From NCBI GenBank assembly GCA_963674705.1, contig OY771506.1, positions 4,896,001 through 4,960,000 of the forward strand: a DNA stretch of 64,000 bases, given 5' to 3'. The stretch comes from Phycisphaeraceae bacterium. Its GTDB lineage: Bacteria; Planctomycetota; Phycisphaerae; Phycisphaerales; Phycisphaeraceae. The notes under the pieces are model-generated. The model saw only the letters and a list, made by a program, of their open reading frames with translations. It did no database searches and was not told the DNA's origin. Positions 9,111 to 17,391 of the stretch are shown piece by piece; the first letter of the stretch is position 1; every line of letters begins with the position of its first letter. The translations under genes and the position numbers were made by a program.

Positions 9111-9980
9111 ATGCGTGATGAAAGGCCCGAATCGTATCGCCATCGGCTGCTCAAGGTGATGTTGTATATCGAAGAGCATCTGGATGATGAATTGACGCGA
9201 GAAAAGCTGTCGGAGATTGCGTGCTTTTCGCCTTATCATTTTCATCGGATTTTCACCGCTTTTACGGGTGAGCCGGTGCATAAGTACATCCGCAGGTTAC
9301 GGCTTGAACGAGCGGTGCAGCATCTATCGCATACCGATCGGTCGGTGATCCAGATCGCGATGGATGCGGGGTTTCAATCGCATGAAGCGTTCACGCGCGT
9401 GTTCCGCAAGACGTTTGGGTTGCCCCCGTCGGAACTGCGCAAACGTATCGCGGAAGGCAGTGCTGTCGTGCTGCACACTCAAACTATCAAATACTTAACG
9501 TACCAGGAGGACACGATGCTGGAAGTCAAGATCGAAAATGTTGCGGAGAAGTCGATCGCGTTTATTCGACATGTCGGGCCTTACAACCAGATCAACAGGG
9601 TGTTCGGGAAGCTGTGTGCCTGTGCCGGGTCGAAGGGTTTGATAAGGCCGACGTCTGAGTGGCTGGGTATTTTTCATGATGATCCGGACACCACACCGCC
9701 CGACAAGCTGCGCAGCGACGCAGCGATCACGGTGGGTGAAGGTGTCGAAGCCGAGGGCGAATTGCAGGTCGGCAAGCTGGCCGGCGGCAAGTACGCGGTC
9801 GCCATCCATAAAGGGCCCTACAGCAAACTCATCGACAGCTACCGCTGGTTGTACGGGCAATGGCTACCCACCAGCGGGCAGGAACCGGGTAACGTCCCGT
9901 GCTTCGAGAAGTATCTGAACGATCCGCAGAGCACGGCCGAGGAAGAATTGTTGACGGAGATTTATATTCCGTTGAAGTAG
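9111..9980 (+). CDS. AraC-family transcriptional regulator with C-terminal GyrI-like effector domain
   Basis: ACFSPYHFHRIF..RLERA..GFQSHEAFTRVFRKTFG HTH; HDDPDTTPPDKLRSDA, HKGPY, FEKYLNDP, TEIYIP GyrI motifs. Confidence 0.93.
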   Translation: MRDERPESYRHRLLKVMLYIEEHLDDELTREKLSEIACFSPYHFHRIFTAFTGEPVHKYIRRLRLERAVQHLSHTDRSVIQIAMDAGFQSHEAFTRVFRKTFGLPPSELRKRIAEGSAVVLHTQTIKYLTYQEDTMLEVKIENVAEKSIAFIRHVGPYNQINRVFGKLCACAGSKGLIRPTSEWLGIFHDDPDTTPPDKLRSDAAITVGEGVEAEGELQVGKLAGGKYAVAIHKGPYSKLIDSYRWLYGQWLPTSGQEPGNVPCFEKYLNDPQSTAEEELLTEIYIPLK

Positions 9981-10034
9981 GTGTGGGATTGGGGGACCGA
10001 GATGCCAGCAAGTGAAGATATTGTGAATAGTTTT

Positions 10035-10193
10035 ACTCCCTCTCCCCCTGGGAGAGGGTTGGGGCGAGGGCCGGGTGAATTCGGCGTTCAAACAACACTG
10101 TTAATGCTTGATTATTGAGTACACAATCAACCCGGCCCTCATCCTAGCCTTCTCCCGCGTGGAGAAGGGATCGGACGCTAAGCCGCAAGCGGC
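10035..10193. repeat. Composite repeat: inverted pair of family A arms plus one family B copy
   Basis: Arm 10035-10075, inverted arm 10131-10172, CGCTAAGCCGCAAGCGGC 10176-10193. Confidence 0.85.
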
Positions 10194-10251
10194 TTTAGGG
10201 GTGCAACATTCTTTCAGATTGAACATTACACATTGCAGATCGAACATCACC

Positions 10252-10827
10252 TCAATGTTCTTTCATTTCCTGTTGGATCATCCTTTCGACTTGCTTGTCT
10301 GTCAGGGGTTTGTGGTCGCGCATCGACAGGGCGCTGCGGCGTTGGCGAGCGTTGGGATTCAGCATGTCGATGAGGTCTACGGTAATGTCGAACTGCTCGG
10401 CGTTGCGGTAGGTTTTTAGGGTTTGCTTGTCCCATTGGCAGACCAGGGCTACGAGGTTGTGCTTGTGTTTGATGGCTTCGAGTTGTTCGGGGTAGAACGC
10501 GAAGATGTCGTCGACGGGCGCGGTGCCGAAGCCTTGGCGGTGCAGGCGTTTTCGGGAGTCCCAGACGATCTTGTCGGCGGCGGCGATTTTTTCAGGGTCG
10601 CCCTCTTCTTTGGCGGCTTCCAGGGCGGCTAGTTCCTGCGCGGTTCGTGCTTCATGTTCGGGGTTGCCGGCGAATGCGACCGCGACGCAGCGTGAGTCGT
10701 AGATGCCGATGCGCTGTTGTGGTTGCGCTTCATTGGATTCGTCGACACGTGCGGATTTTTCACAACCAATGGTTGCCATGACCAGACATGTCGTGATGAT
10801 TGTGACGAATAGGTTTCTAAGTTGCAT
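10252..10827 (-). CDS. Hypothetical exported protein / lipoprotein
   Basis: Signal peptide ending ATIGC (lipobox-like); SD GGGAG; RIGIYDSR..VAF is reminiscent of OmpH/Skp N-termini. Confidence 0.75.
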   Translation of the reverse strand: MQLRNLFVTIITTCLVMATIGCEKSARVDESNEAQPQQRIGIYDSRCVAVAFAGNPEHEARTAQELAALEAAKEEGDPEKIAAADKIVWDSRKRLHRQGFGTAPVDDIFAFYPEQLEAIKHKHNLVALVCQWDKQTLKTYRNAEQFDITVDLIDMLNPNARQRRSALSMRDHKPLTDKQVERMIQQEMKEH

Positions 10828-10859
10828 GGTTAAGCTCCCGGCGGGTGGATGTGGTTTAG

Positions 10860-10895
10860 TTATGTAAGCATATACTTACGTAATGTTTGTGTCAA
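10860..10895 (-). promoter_or_regulatory. Sigma-70 promoter overlapped by a 24-bp palindromic operator
   Basis: Minus strand TTGACA-N17-TATGCT; palindrome TTATGTAAG-CATATA-CTTACGTAA at 10860-10883. Confidence 0.7.
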
Positions 10896-10903
10896 GGGGG
10901 AAA

Positions 10904-10931
10904 GAGCGGGAGCGCTAAGCCGCAAGCGGCT
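10904..10931 (-). repeat. REP-like family B copy (extended)
   Basis: GAGCGGGAGCGCTAAGCCGCAAGCGGCT identical to 12536-12563. Confidence 0.85.
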
Positions 10932-10944
10932 GGGATTAGTTGAC

Positions 10945-10982
10945 GGGGGGTTAGGGGTTGGGGATTAGGGGTTGGGGGTTGG
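10945..10982. repeat. G-rich 7-mer tandem repeat (about GGGGTTR)n
   Basis: ggggggttaggggttggggattaggggttgggggttgg. Confidence 0.75.
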
Positions 10983-10987
10983 AATGC

Positions 10988-11022
10988 AAAACGGGCGCGG
11001 CGTTTGAAGGCCGCGCCCGTTT
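10988..11022 (-). terminator. Rho-independent terminator after the PEP-CTERM gene
   Basis: AAACGGGCGCGGC / GCCGCGCCCGTTT perfect stem, T tract on the minus strand. Confidence 0.75.
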
Positions 11023-11046
11023 GGATGTTGATTGGATTGGTTTGGT

Positions 11047-12333
11047 TTACTTTCTACGGTAGACCGCGAGCATTGCGATGCCCATGAATGACAGGGTGGC
11101 GGGTTCGGGGACGGTGGTGAGTTGGAAGACGTCGCCGGCGGTGGCGTCGATCGCGGTTTCGAGCAAGACCTCGCCGGTGATGGGGTTGCTGACGCGGAGC
11201 GTGTCGAAGGCGGTGTAGCCGTAGGTCTGGATCATCAGTTCATTCAGGCCGACGGCTGCGGCTTGCGTGTGCCATGTGCCATCCGGGCTTCGGACCTCGA
11301 CCTTGTACTGGTTGTAGGCGAAGCCGACGTCGTGTCCGGTGAGGTTGGGTGAATCGGTCATGCCGAAGGCGACGCCGAAGAGTTGGTCGGTCTGTTCATC
11401 ATAGAGCAGGCCGGGGTTACTGATGTACAGGACATCGAGGTTGGGATCGCTTGCGAGAAAGACGGGCGAATCGGAAAGGGTAAATTCGATGCCGTCGGTG
11501 CTGGTGGCGAGGTAGAGCATGCCGAAGCTGTGTTGTACGACGGCGAGGTACGTGCCGTCCGGCCGCAGCGCGACGTCGGGTTCGTAGAATCCGGGGAAGC
11601 CGTTGATGTCATCGTAACGGTGGATGATCTGCCAACTGGTCGGATCATCGCCGACGGACTCAGCCAGGTAAGAGTGGACAGCGCCGTTGTTGGTGCTGGC
11701 GTCGAACCACATGCGCCAGCCGGTATCGGTCTTGACGATGGAGGGCCTTGCGATGTCGGTGATGGTGCCGCCGGCGAGGTTGCCGGGGTCGGCCATGCTG
11801 ACTTCGTTGCTGGCTGTGCCGGAGTTCGGCAACCAGGTGATGCCGTCGGTCGAGGTTGAATAGTTGATCCAGTCGCGGAACTCGCTGCCGACGAACTTGG
11901 CAGCGGTGTACAGCGCGTACCAACCGTCGTCGGTCTTGCTGACGGACGGGTCGTTGATGTGCAGGTATGAGCCTTCGCTGACGACGGTTCGATTCAGCGA
12001 GGACCAGCCTTCGGTAACGTCGAGCGTTTTGGTTGTGCCGCGGTAGATGTTATCGCTGGGCTGACCGGAACGCAGCCATCCGCCGTAGAAGATCGTCCAT
12101 GTATCGTCCTCGCGGATCGCTTCGGTGGCGTAGAGGTTGAAGCCGTTGATGATGGGGTTTTTTTCGAGGGTTTTCTGGTAGGCGAAGCCGACCTCGGTGA
12201 AGCTGACGCCTTGGATGGTGATGCGATCGGTCTTGCCGTTGTTGCCCTGGTAGTCGAGTTGCAATTCTGCGGAGGCGAGTTGCTGACACAGCAGTATTGT
12301 CAGCACGAGAGAGAGTGACTTAACAAACTTCAT
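11047..12333 (-). CDS. PEP-CTERM-sorted secreted protein with a beta-propeller glycosidase-like domain
   Basis: Signal peptide; NDPSV, RPSIV, EPDV, NPGL blades with S.DG..W repeats; C-terminal VPEPATLSFMGIAMLAVYRRK. Confidence 0.85.
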   Translation of the reverse strand: MKFVKSLSLVLTILLCQQLASAELQLDYQGNNGKTDRITIQGVSFTEVGFAYQKTLEKNPIINGFNLYATEAIREDDTWTIFYGGWLRSGQPSDNIYRGTTKTLDVTEGWSSLNRTVVSEGSYLHINDPSVSKTDDGWYALYTAAKFVGSEFRDWINYSTSTDGITWLPNSGTASNEVSMADPGNLAGGTITDIARPSIVKTDTGWRMWFDASTNNGAVHSYLAESVGDDPTSWQIIHRYDDINGFPGFYEPDVALRPDGTYLAVVQHSFGMLYLATSTDGIEFTLSDSPVFLASDPNLDVLYISNPGLLYDEQTDQLFGVAFGMTDSPNLTGHDVGFAYNQYKVEVRSPDGTWHTQAAAVGLNELMIQTYGYTAFDTLRVSNPITGEVLLETAIDATAGDVFQLTTVPEPATLSFMGIAMLAVYRRK

Positions 12334-12535
12334 GATTTCACATCCTTGGGAGAAGAAAAGCGTCTGAAGATTGATACAGAAATCTTCAGGTTGGGAGGGT
12401 GGTTATTATAGTATTTACCATATCAGGCCAGCAAGGTCTTTTTATGGAAATTTCGAGGGGTGAATTATCGTAAATTATTTTATGATAATATGTTATGGGT
12501 TAGATGAGTGAGAATTCAGGGGATTGAGGAAGGTG

Positions 12536-12563
12536 GAGCGGGAGCGCTAAGCCGCAAGCGGCT
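12536..12563 (-). repeat. REP-like family B copy (extended)
   Basis: Identical to 10904-10931. Confidence 0.85.
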
Positions 12564-12609
12564 TTTTGGGGGGTGGGCGTGACGAAGGAGATTGTGGAAC
12601 CAGAGACGG

Positions 12610-14088
12610 TTATTGTGTGGGTCTTGCGGCTTGCCAGCCTGCTTTCCACTGCTGCATCAAGGTCGCAACAAGCTCGGGATTGCTATCCGCAATATTGATG
12701 TTTTCCTGCGGATCGGTTTGATGATCGTACAGTTCGATGGCGTCGATCTGTGTGTGGTCGTTCCGACTCACCCACACGGTGAAACGGTATCGGTCGGTCT
12801 TCATGGAATAACCCATCAGGCCGCCGTGAACTGACCGTGGGTATTGGCTGAACGCGGCGGTCTTCCACGGGCGATCGGGATCATCCAAGAGCGGTTTGAA
12901 GCTCGTGCCTTCCAGGTGGTCCGGCAGAGGCAGCCCCGCCAGTTCCGACAGCGTGGGGTAGATATCAACAAACTCGACCAGGGCATCGGTATGCTCGCCG
13001 GCGTGCTTCATGTGGGGCATGGAGAGGATCAGCGGTGCATTGGCGTCATTTTCACAGTTGCTGTGCTTAGCCCACGAGTCGTGCTCGCCGAGTTTCCAGC
13101 CGTGATCGCCCCATAGGATGATGATGGTGTTATCGCTGAGTCCGAGACGATCGAGTTCATCAAGCAATCTGCCTACCTGAGCATCTGTGTAGCTAACCGC
13201 GGCGAAGTAACCGTGCTTGAGTTGCCGGGCAAGGTCATCGGGGATGGAGCCGGCGGGGATGCCGTAATAGCTGCGCAGTTCACCTGAACTTTTAAGAATG
13301 GCGTAATCGGGTGCGTTCTTGGGGTAGAACTTATTCGGCGCGAGGTCGATCGTTGTGGGGTTGTAAAGATCCCAATACTTTCGGGGGGACACGAAAGGCA
13401 AGTGCGGTTTGACGAATCCCACAGCGAGAAAAAAGGGTTCCTGCCTGGTGCTGAGTTCGCGTAGCGTCTCAATGGCGAGGTCGGCGACCCGTCCGTCCTG
13501 ATAGGTATTGTCCGGCACATCGGCGCCTTCGAATGCGGGACCGCGCGAGTTCGGTCCTCTGCTCTTTCTTCTGTTGTTAGCCTGTCCGGTCTTGTTCTGA
13601 CGTTGAGCTAATTCGCGGTTTTCCTCTAGCGCGTACATCGGAGCACGAGGTGAGCGCCAAGGCACGGACCAGGAAGGTTCATCATTGAAACCGCCGTGGA
13701 ATATCTTGCCCATCCCTTGGACGAAGTAGCCGTTGTTTTTGAAGTTTTGTAAAAGTGTGACGACATCGGGTTGTGCGGTGCGGAAGTGTGTGTCGAGGTC
13801 CCAGACTTTCGTGGTGTCGGGGCGCATGCCTGTCAACAAGCTTGACCGGGAGGGAGAACACACGGCCTGCTGGCAGTACGCGCGGTTGAACACCATGCCA
13901 CTAGCGGCCAAGCGATCGATGTTCGGGCTTTTGATGTATGTTGCGCCGTAGCAACCCAGTTCGGGTCGCAGATCATCCACAGCGATAAACAGTACGTTCG
14001 GTTTCTGCGAAGCAGGTTCGTTTGCGTATGCATGCAGTGAGCCGAACGTGAACAATACAACTAAAGGTATCAGCTTCTGGAATATCAT
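12610..14088 (-). CDS. Cys-type formylglycine sulfatase (iduronate-2-sulfatase-like)
   Basis: PNVLFIAVDDLRP, CSPSR (CxPxR), GKIFH, KPHLPF, GDHG..WAKH; SD AGGAG before ATG 14088. Confidence 0.93.
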   Translation of the reverse strand: MIFQKLIPLVVLFTFGSLHAYANEPASQKPNVLFIAVDDLRPELGCYGATYIKSPNIDRLAASGMVFNRAYCQQAVCSPSRSSLLTGMRPDTTKVWDLDTHFRTAQPDVVTLLQNFKNNGYFVQGMGKIFHGGFNDEPSWSVPWRSPRAPMYALEENRELAQRQNKTGQANNRRKSRGPNSRGPAFEGADVPDNTYQDGRVADLAIETLRELSTRQEPFFLAVGFVKPHLPFVSPRKYWDLYNPTTIDLAPNKFYPKNAPDYAILKSSGELRSYYGIPAGSIPDDLARQLKHGYFAAVSYTDAQVGRLLDELDRLGLSDNTIIILWGDHGWKLGEHDSWAKHSNCENDANAPLILSMPHMKHAGEHTDALVEFVDIYPTLSELAGLPLPDHLEGTSFKPLLDDPDRPWKTAAFSQYPRSVHGGLMGYSMKTDRYRFTVWVSRNDHTQIDAIELYDHQTDPQENINIADSNPELVATLMQQWKAGWQAARPTQ

Positions 14089-14127
14089 TACTTTGCGAAC
14101 TCCTGCAGATGTCAGACGCGTATGCAC

Positions 14128-17100
14128 TTATGTGGCAAGTTGCGTTGTGGCCTCTTTGCGGCCGTAAATCAGCCAATAGGTTACGGGGATGACAACGAGG
14201 GTGAAAGCAGTCGAAACGGCGAGGCCGAAGATCAGCGCCCAGGCGAGGCCGGAGAAGACGGGATCGAGGGTGATGGGCATGGCGGCGAGCATGGCGGTGG
14301 CTGCGGTGAGGAAGATCGGGCGGATGCGGACGGCGCCGGAATCGAGGATGGCCTGTTGCAAGTCGGCGCCTTTGCGTACGGCGGCGTGGATGAAGTCGAT
14401 GAGCAAAATCGCATTGCGGACGGTGATGCCTGCGAGTGCGATCATGCCGATCATCGCGGTGGCGGTGAAGTAGACGGGGTCTTCGTAGCCGCCGACGGTG
14501 TTGCTTGTCAGGAGGTTGAGGATCCAGAAGCCGGGCATGACGCCGATGATCGTCAGCGGGATGGAGATCATGAGGATCAGGGGCATGACGAAGCTGGCGG
14601 TTTCGTAAACGAGCAGGACGTAGATCGCCAGGCACGCGACGCCGAATGCGAGACCGAGATCGCGGAAGGCGTCGACGGTGATTTTCCATTCGCCTTCACC
14701 GGTCCAGACGACTTTGTATCCGGGGGGGACGAGGCCGTCGGTTGAAGGCCGCAGGTCAAAGAACATGCCGAGGATGGCTTCGCCGGGCGTGACGCCTGCG
14801 GTTTCGCCGAAGACGTAGGAAACGCGCTGCAGGTTCTTGCGGTAGATGGGTTGATCGATGGTGGACTTCTCGAAGCTGCCGAGTTCGCCGATGGGGATGG
14901 TTACGCCGCTGGGCGTGCTGATGTGCATAGCTTTGAGCAGCTCGGGCTGATGCCGATCGGATAGATTCAGGCGCAGCTCGACGGGCAACGGGTTGGCTTC
15001 ATCGGGAACGTGCAGGTAGGTCGGGACGTCGCCGCCGATCGCGGATGCGAGTTCGCTTGCGATCTGTTGCGTGGTGAGTCCTGCGAGCGCAGCTTTGTCT
15101 TTATCCGTCACGAACGTCCAGCGGGTTTGCTCGGCCTCGATGCTGCTGTCAACGTCGACGACGCCGTAGCTATCGACAAAGCGTTGTTCGACGTTGCGGG
15201 CGATATTTAGAAGTTGATCGTGATCGGCATCGATGGGGCCGTAGACTTCGGCGGTGAGTGTGGAGATAACGGGCGGGCCGGGCGGCGTTTCGACGATCTT
15301 GAGGTTAGCGCCGTATTTGTTGCCGATCGCTTCGACATCGGCGCGGACGCGCAGTGCGATGGCGTGGCTCTGCATACTACGCTCGCGGCGAGGCAGGATG
15401 TTGATGCGCAGGTCGGCGACGTTCGAGCCTTGCCGGAGGAAGTAGTGGCGTACCAGGCCGTTGAAGTCCATGGGGCTGGCGGTGCCGATGTAACTGGTGA
15501 CATCGACGGTTTCGGCTAGCCCGAGGAAGTAGGTGGCAAGTTCCTGTGTGCAGGCGGCGGTGTTTTCGAGCGTAGCGCCTTCGGGCATGTCGACGACGAC
15601 CTGGAATTCGTCACGGTTGTTGTAAGGCAACATCTTGAGCGGCACGCCGCCGAGTGCCGGGGGTAATAGCGAGAGGATGAAGAGCACGATGACACCGAGC
15701 AGCATGAGTATGCCTTTGCCGCGGCTATCCAGCATCGGCTGCATGGTGCGTGAATAGGCTTTGTACAAGAGCGTGCGATGCAGGTCGCAGGCGTTTTCCT
15801 GCTCTTTTTTGTCGTGCTTCTGGTTCTTAAGAGCGTGGAAGGCGAGCCAGGGGGTGACGGTGAACGCGACGACCAGGCTCATGAGCATGGCAACCGGGAC
15901 GTTCAGCGCCATCGGGCCCATGTAGGCGCCCATCATGCCGGTGACGAACGCGACGGGGACGAACGACGCGATGACGGCGAGCGTGGCGAGGATGATCGGC
16001 GGACGCACTTCATTCACCGCGCGCAGCACGGCATCGCGCGCTTTTTCCTTGCCGGTCGAGAGATGGCGGTGGATGTTCTCCACATCGACGATCGGGTCGT
16101 CAACAACAAGACCGAGCGCGAGGATCAGCGCAAAAAGCGTGACGCGGTTGATCGTGTAGCCGGTGAGATAGTCGACTAACAGCGTGAGAGAGAAGGTCAA
16201 CGGAACAGCCAGCGCGACGACGAGCGCAGCACGCCAGCCCATGACGATGGTGAGTAAACCGATGACGATGATGATGGCAACAATAAGAGCTTCGACGAGT
16301 TCGTTGACTTTCTCGTTAGCGGTGTGGCCGTTGTCGCGGGTGATGCGTGCGTGGATGCCGGCGGGCAGGACACGCTCGGTATATTCCTCGACGGCTTTAT
16401 GCACATCCTGAGCGACCCAGACGGCATTCGTGCCGGTCTTCTTGGCGACACCGAGCGTGACAGCGGGATAGAGCTGCGCGGGCTGGCCGTGCTTCGGAGG
16501 CAAACCGATGGTGGTGTAGGTGGTGGGTTCGGCGGGGCCGTCGGTGATGGTTGCGACGTCGCGGAGGTAGATGGGCCGACCGTCGCTGACGCCGACGATC
16601 AGGCCGGCGACGTCCTGCGCACTGGTGAGTGTGGTGCCGGCTTCGAAGACGAGTTCTTCGTTTTGATCGGGCGATGAACCGGCGGGAAACGTGACGTTGG
16701 CAGCGCGCAGGCTGTTGGCGATGGTGGACCAGGTCAGCCCCCTACCGCTGAGCAGTTCCGCGTTGATGCGTACCTTGATCGTGCGTGGCCTGCCACCGAT
16801 CAGGTAAGTACGGCCTGTATTGGGCACGGCCTGAAGCGTGGTTTCCAGTTCTTCAGCAAAGCGGCGCAGGTCGGCGTCGTCGTATCGGCTGTCATCTGAA
16901 TAAAGCGTGACCGAAACGATCGGCACGTCGTCAACTTCGACAGGTTTGATGACCCAGCCTGCAACGGAAGCTGGAACGAGGTCGCTGCTGGTGGTGAGTT
17001 TGTTGTGGAGCTTGACGAGGCTGTCGACGCGGTCTTCGCCGACGTAGAAACGCGCGGTGATAACCGCCTGATTGGTTCGGCTGATGGAGTAGACGTATTC

Positions 17101-17391
17101 GACGCCGTCGATCTGGTAGAGCAGACGCTCGAGGCGGGTGCTGACCTGTCGTTCGACTTCGTGGGCAGACGCGCCGGGGACATCGACGATGACATCCGCC
17201 ATGGGGACGGTGATCTGTGGCTCTTCTTCGCGTGGCGTGATAAGCAAAGCCGCAAGGCCGACGATCAACGTGGCGACGCAGAGCATGATCGAGAGGTTAC
17301 CGCCGAGGAACATCTCGACGATGCCTTGGACGATGCTCTTGCGCTGCGGTGGATCGGGCGTGTTAGATGAAGTCGGAGGCGCATCGGTCAT
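14128..17391 (-). CDS. RND efflux permease (AcrB/CusA superfamily)
   Basis: 1087 aa, two large periplasmic loops, GLVVDDPIVDVENI, RIRPIFLT. Confidence 0.93.
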   Translation of the reverse strand: MTDAPPTSSNTPDPPQRKSIVQGIVEMFLGGNLSIMLCVATLIVGLAALLITPREEEPQITVPMADVIVDVPGASAHEVERQVSTRLERLLYQIDGVEYVYSISRTNQAVITARFYVGEDRVDSLVKLHNKLTTSSDLVPASVAGWVIKPVEVDDVPIVSVTLYSDDSRYDDADLRRFAEELETTLQAVPNTGRTYLIGGRPRTIKVRINAELLSGRGLTWSTIANSLRAANVTFPAGSSPDQNEELVFEAGTTLTSAQDVAGLIVGVSDGRPIYLRDVATITDGPAEPTTYTTIGLPPKHGQPAQLYPAVTLGVAKKTGTNAVWVAQDVHKAVEEYTERVLPAGIHARITRDNGHTANEKVNELVEALIVAIIIVIGLLTIVMGWRAALVVALAVPLTFSLTLLVDYLTGYTINRVTLFALILALGLVVDDPIVDVENIHRHLSTGKEKARDAVLRAVNEVRPPIILATLAVIASFVPVAFVTGMMGAYMGPMALNVPVAMLMSLVVAFTVTPWLAFHALKNQKHDKKEQENACDLHRTLLYKAYSRTMQPMLDSRGKGILMLLGVIVLFILSLLPPALGGVPLKMLPYNNRDEFQVVVDMPEGATLENTAACTQELATYFLGLAETVDVTSYIGTASPMDFNGLVRHYFLRQGSNVADLRINILPRRERSMQSHAIALRVRADVEAIGNKYGANLKIVETPPGPPVISTLTAEVYGPIDADHDQLLNIARNVEQRFVDSYGVVDVDSSIEAEQTRWTFVTDKDKAALAGLTTQQIASELASAIGGDVPTYLHVPDEANPLPVELRLNLSDRHQPELLKAMHISTPSGVTIPIGELGSFEKSTIDQPIYRKNLQRVSYVFGETAGVTPGEAILGMFFDLRPSTDGLVPPGYKVVWTGEGEWKITVDAFRDLGLAFGVACLAIYVLLVYETASFVMPLILMISIPLTIIGVMPGFWILNLLTSNTVGGYEDPVYFTATAMIGMIALAGITVRNAILLIDFIHAAVRKGADLQQAILDSGAVRIRPIFLTAATAMLAAMPITLDPVFSGLAWALIFGLAVSTAFTLVVIPVTYWLIYGRKEATTQLAT

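Noticed and set aside
12466..12498. AT-rich quasi-palindrome upstream of the PEP-CTERM gene as a dif or IHF site
   Set aside because: Too degenerate to distinguish from ordinary AT-rich promoter DNA
3367..12563. Integron cassette array (repeats after each accessory gene)
   Set aside because: No RYYYAAC..GTTRRRY attC ends, genes are in mixed orientation with their own promoters, and there is no integrase
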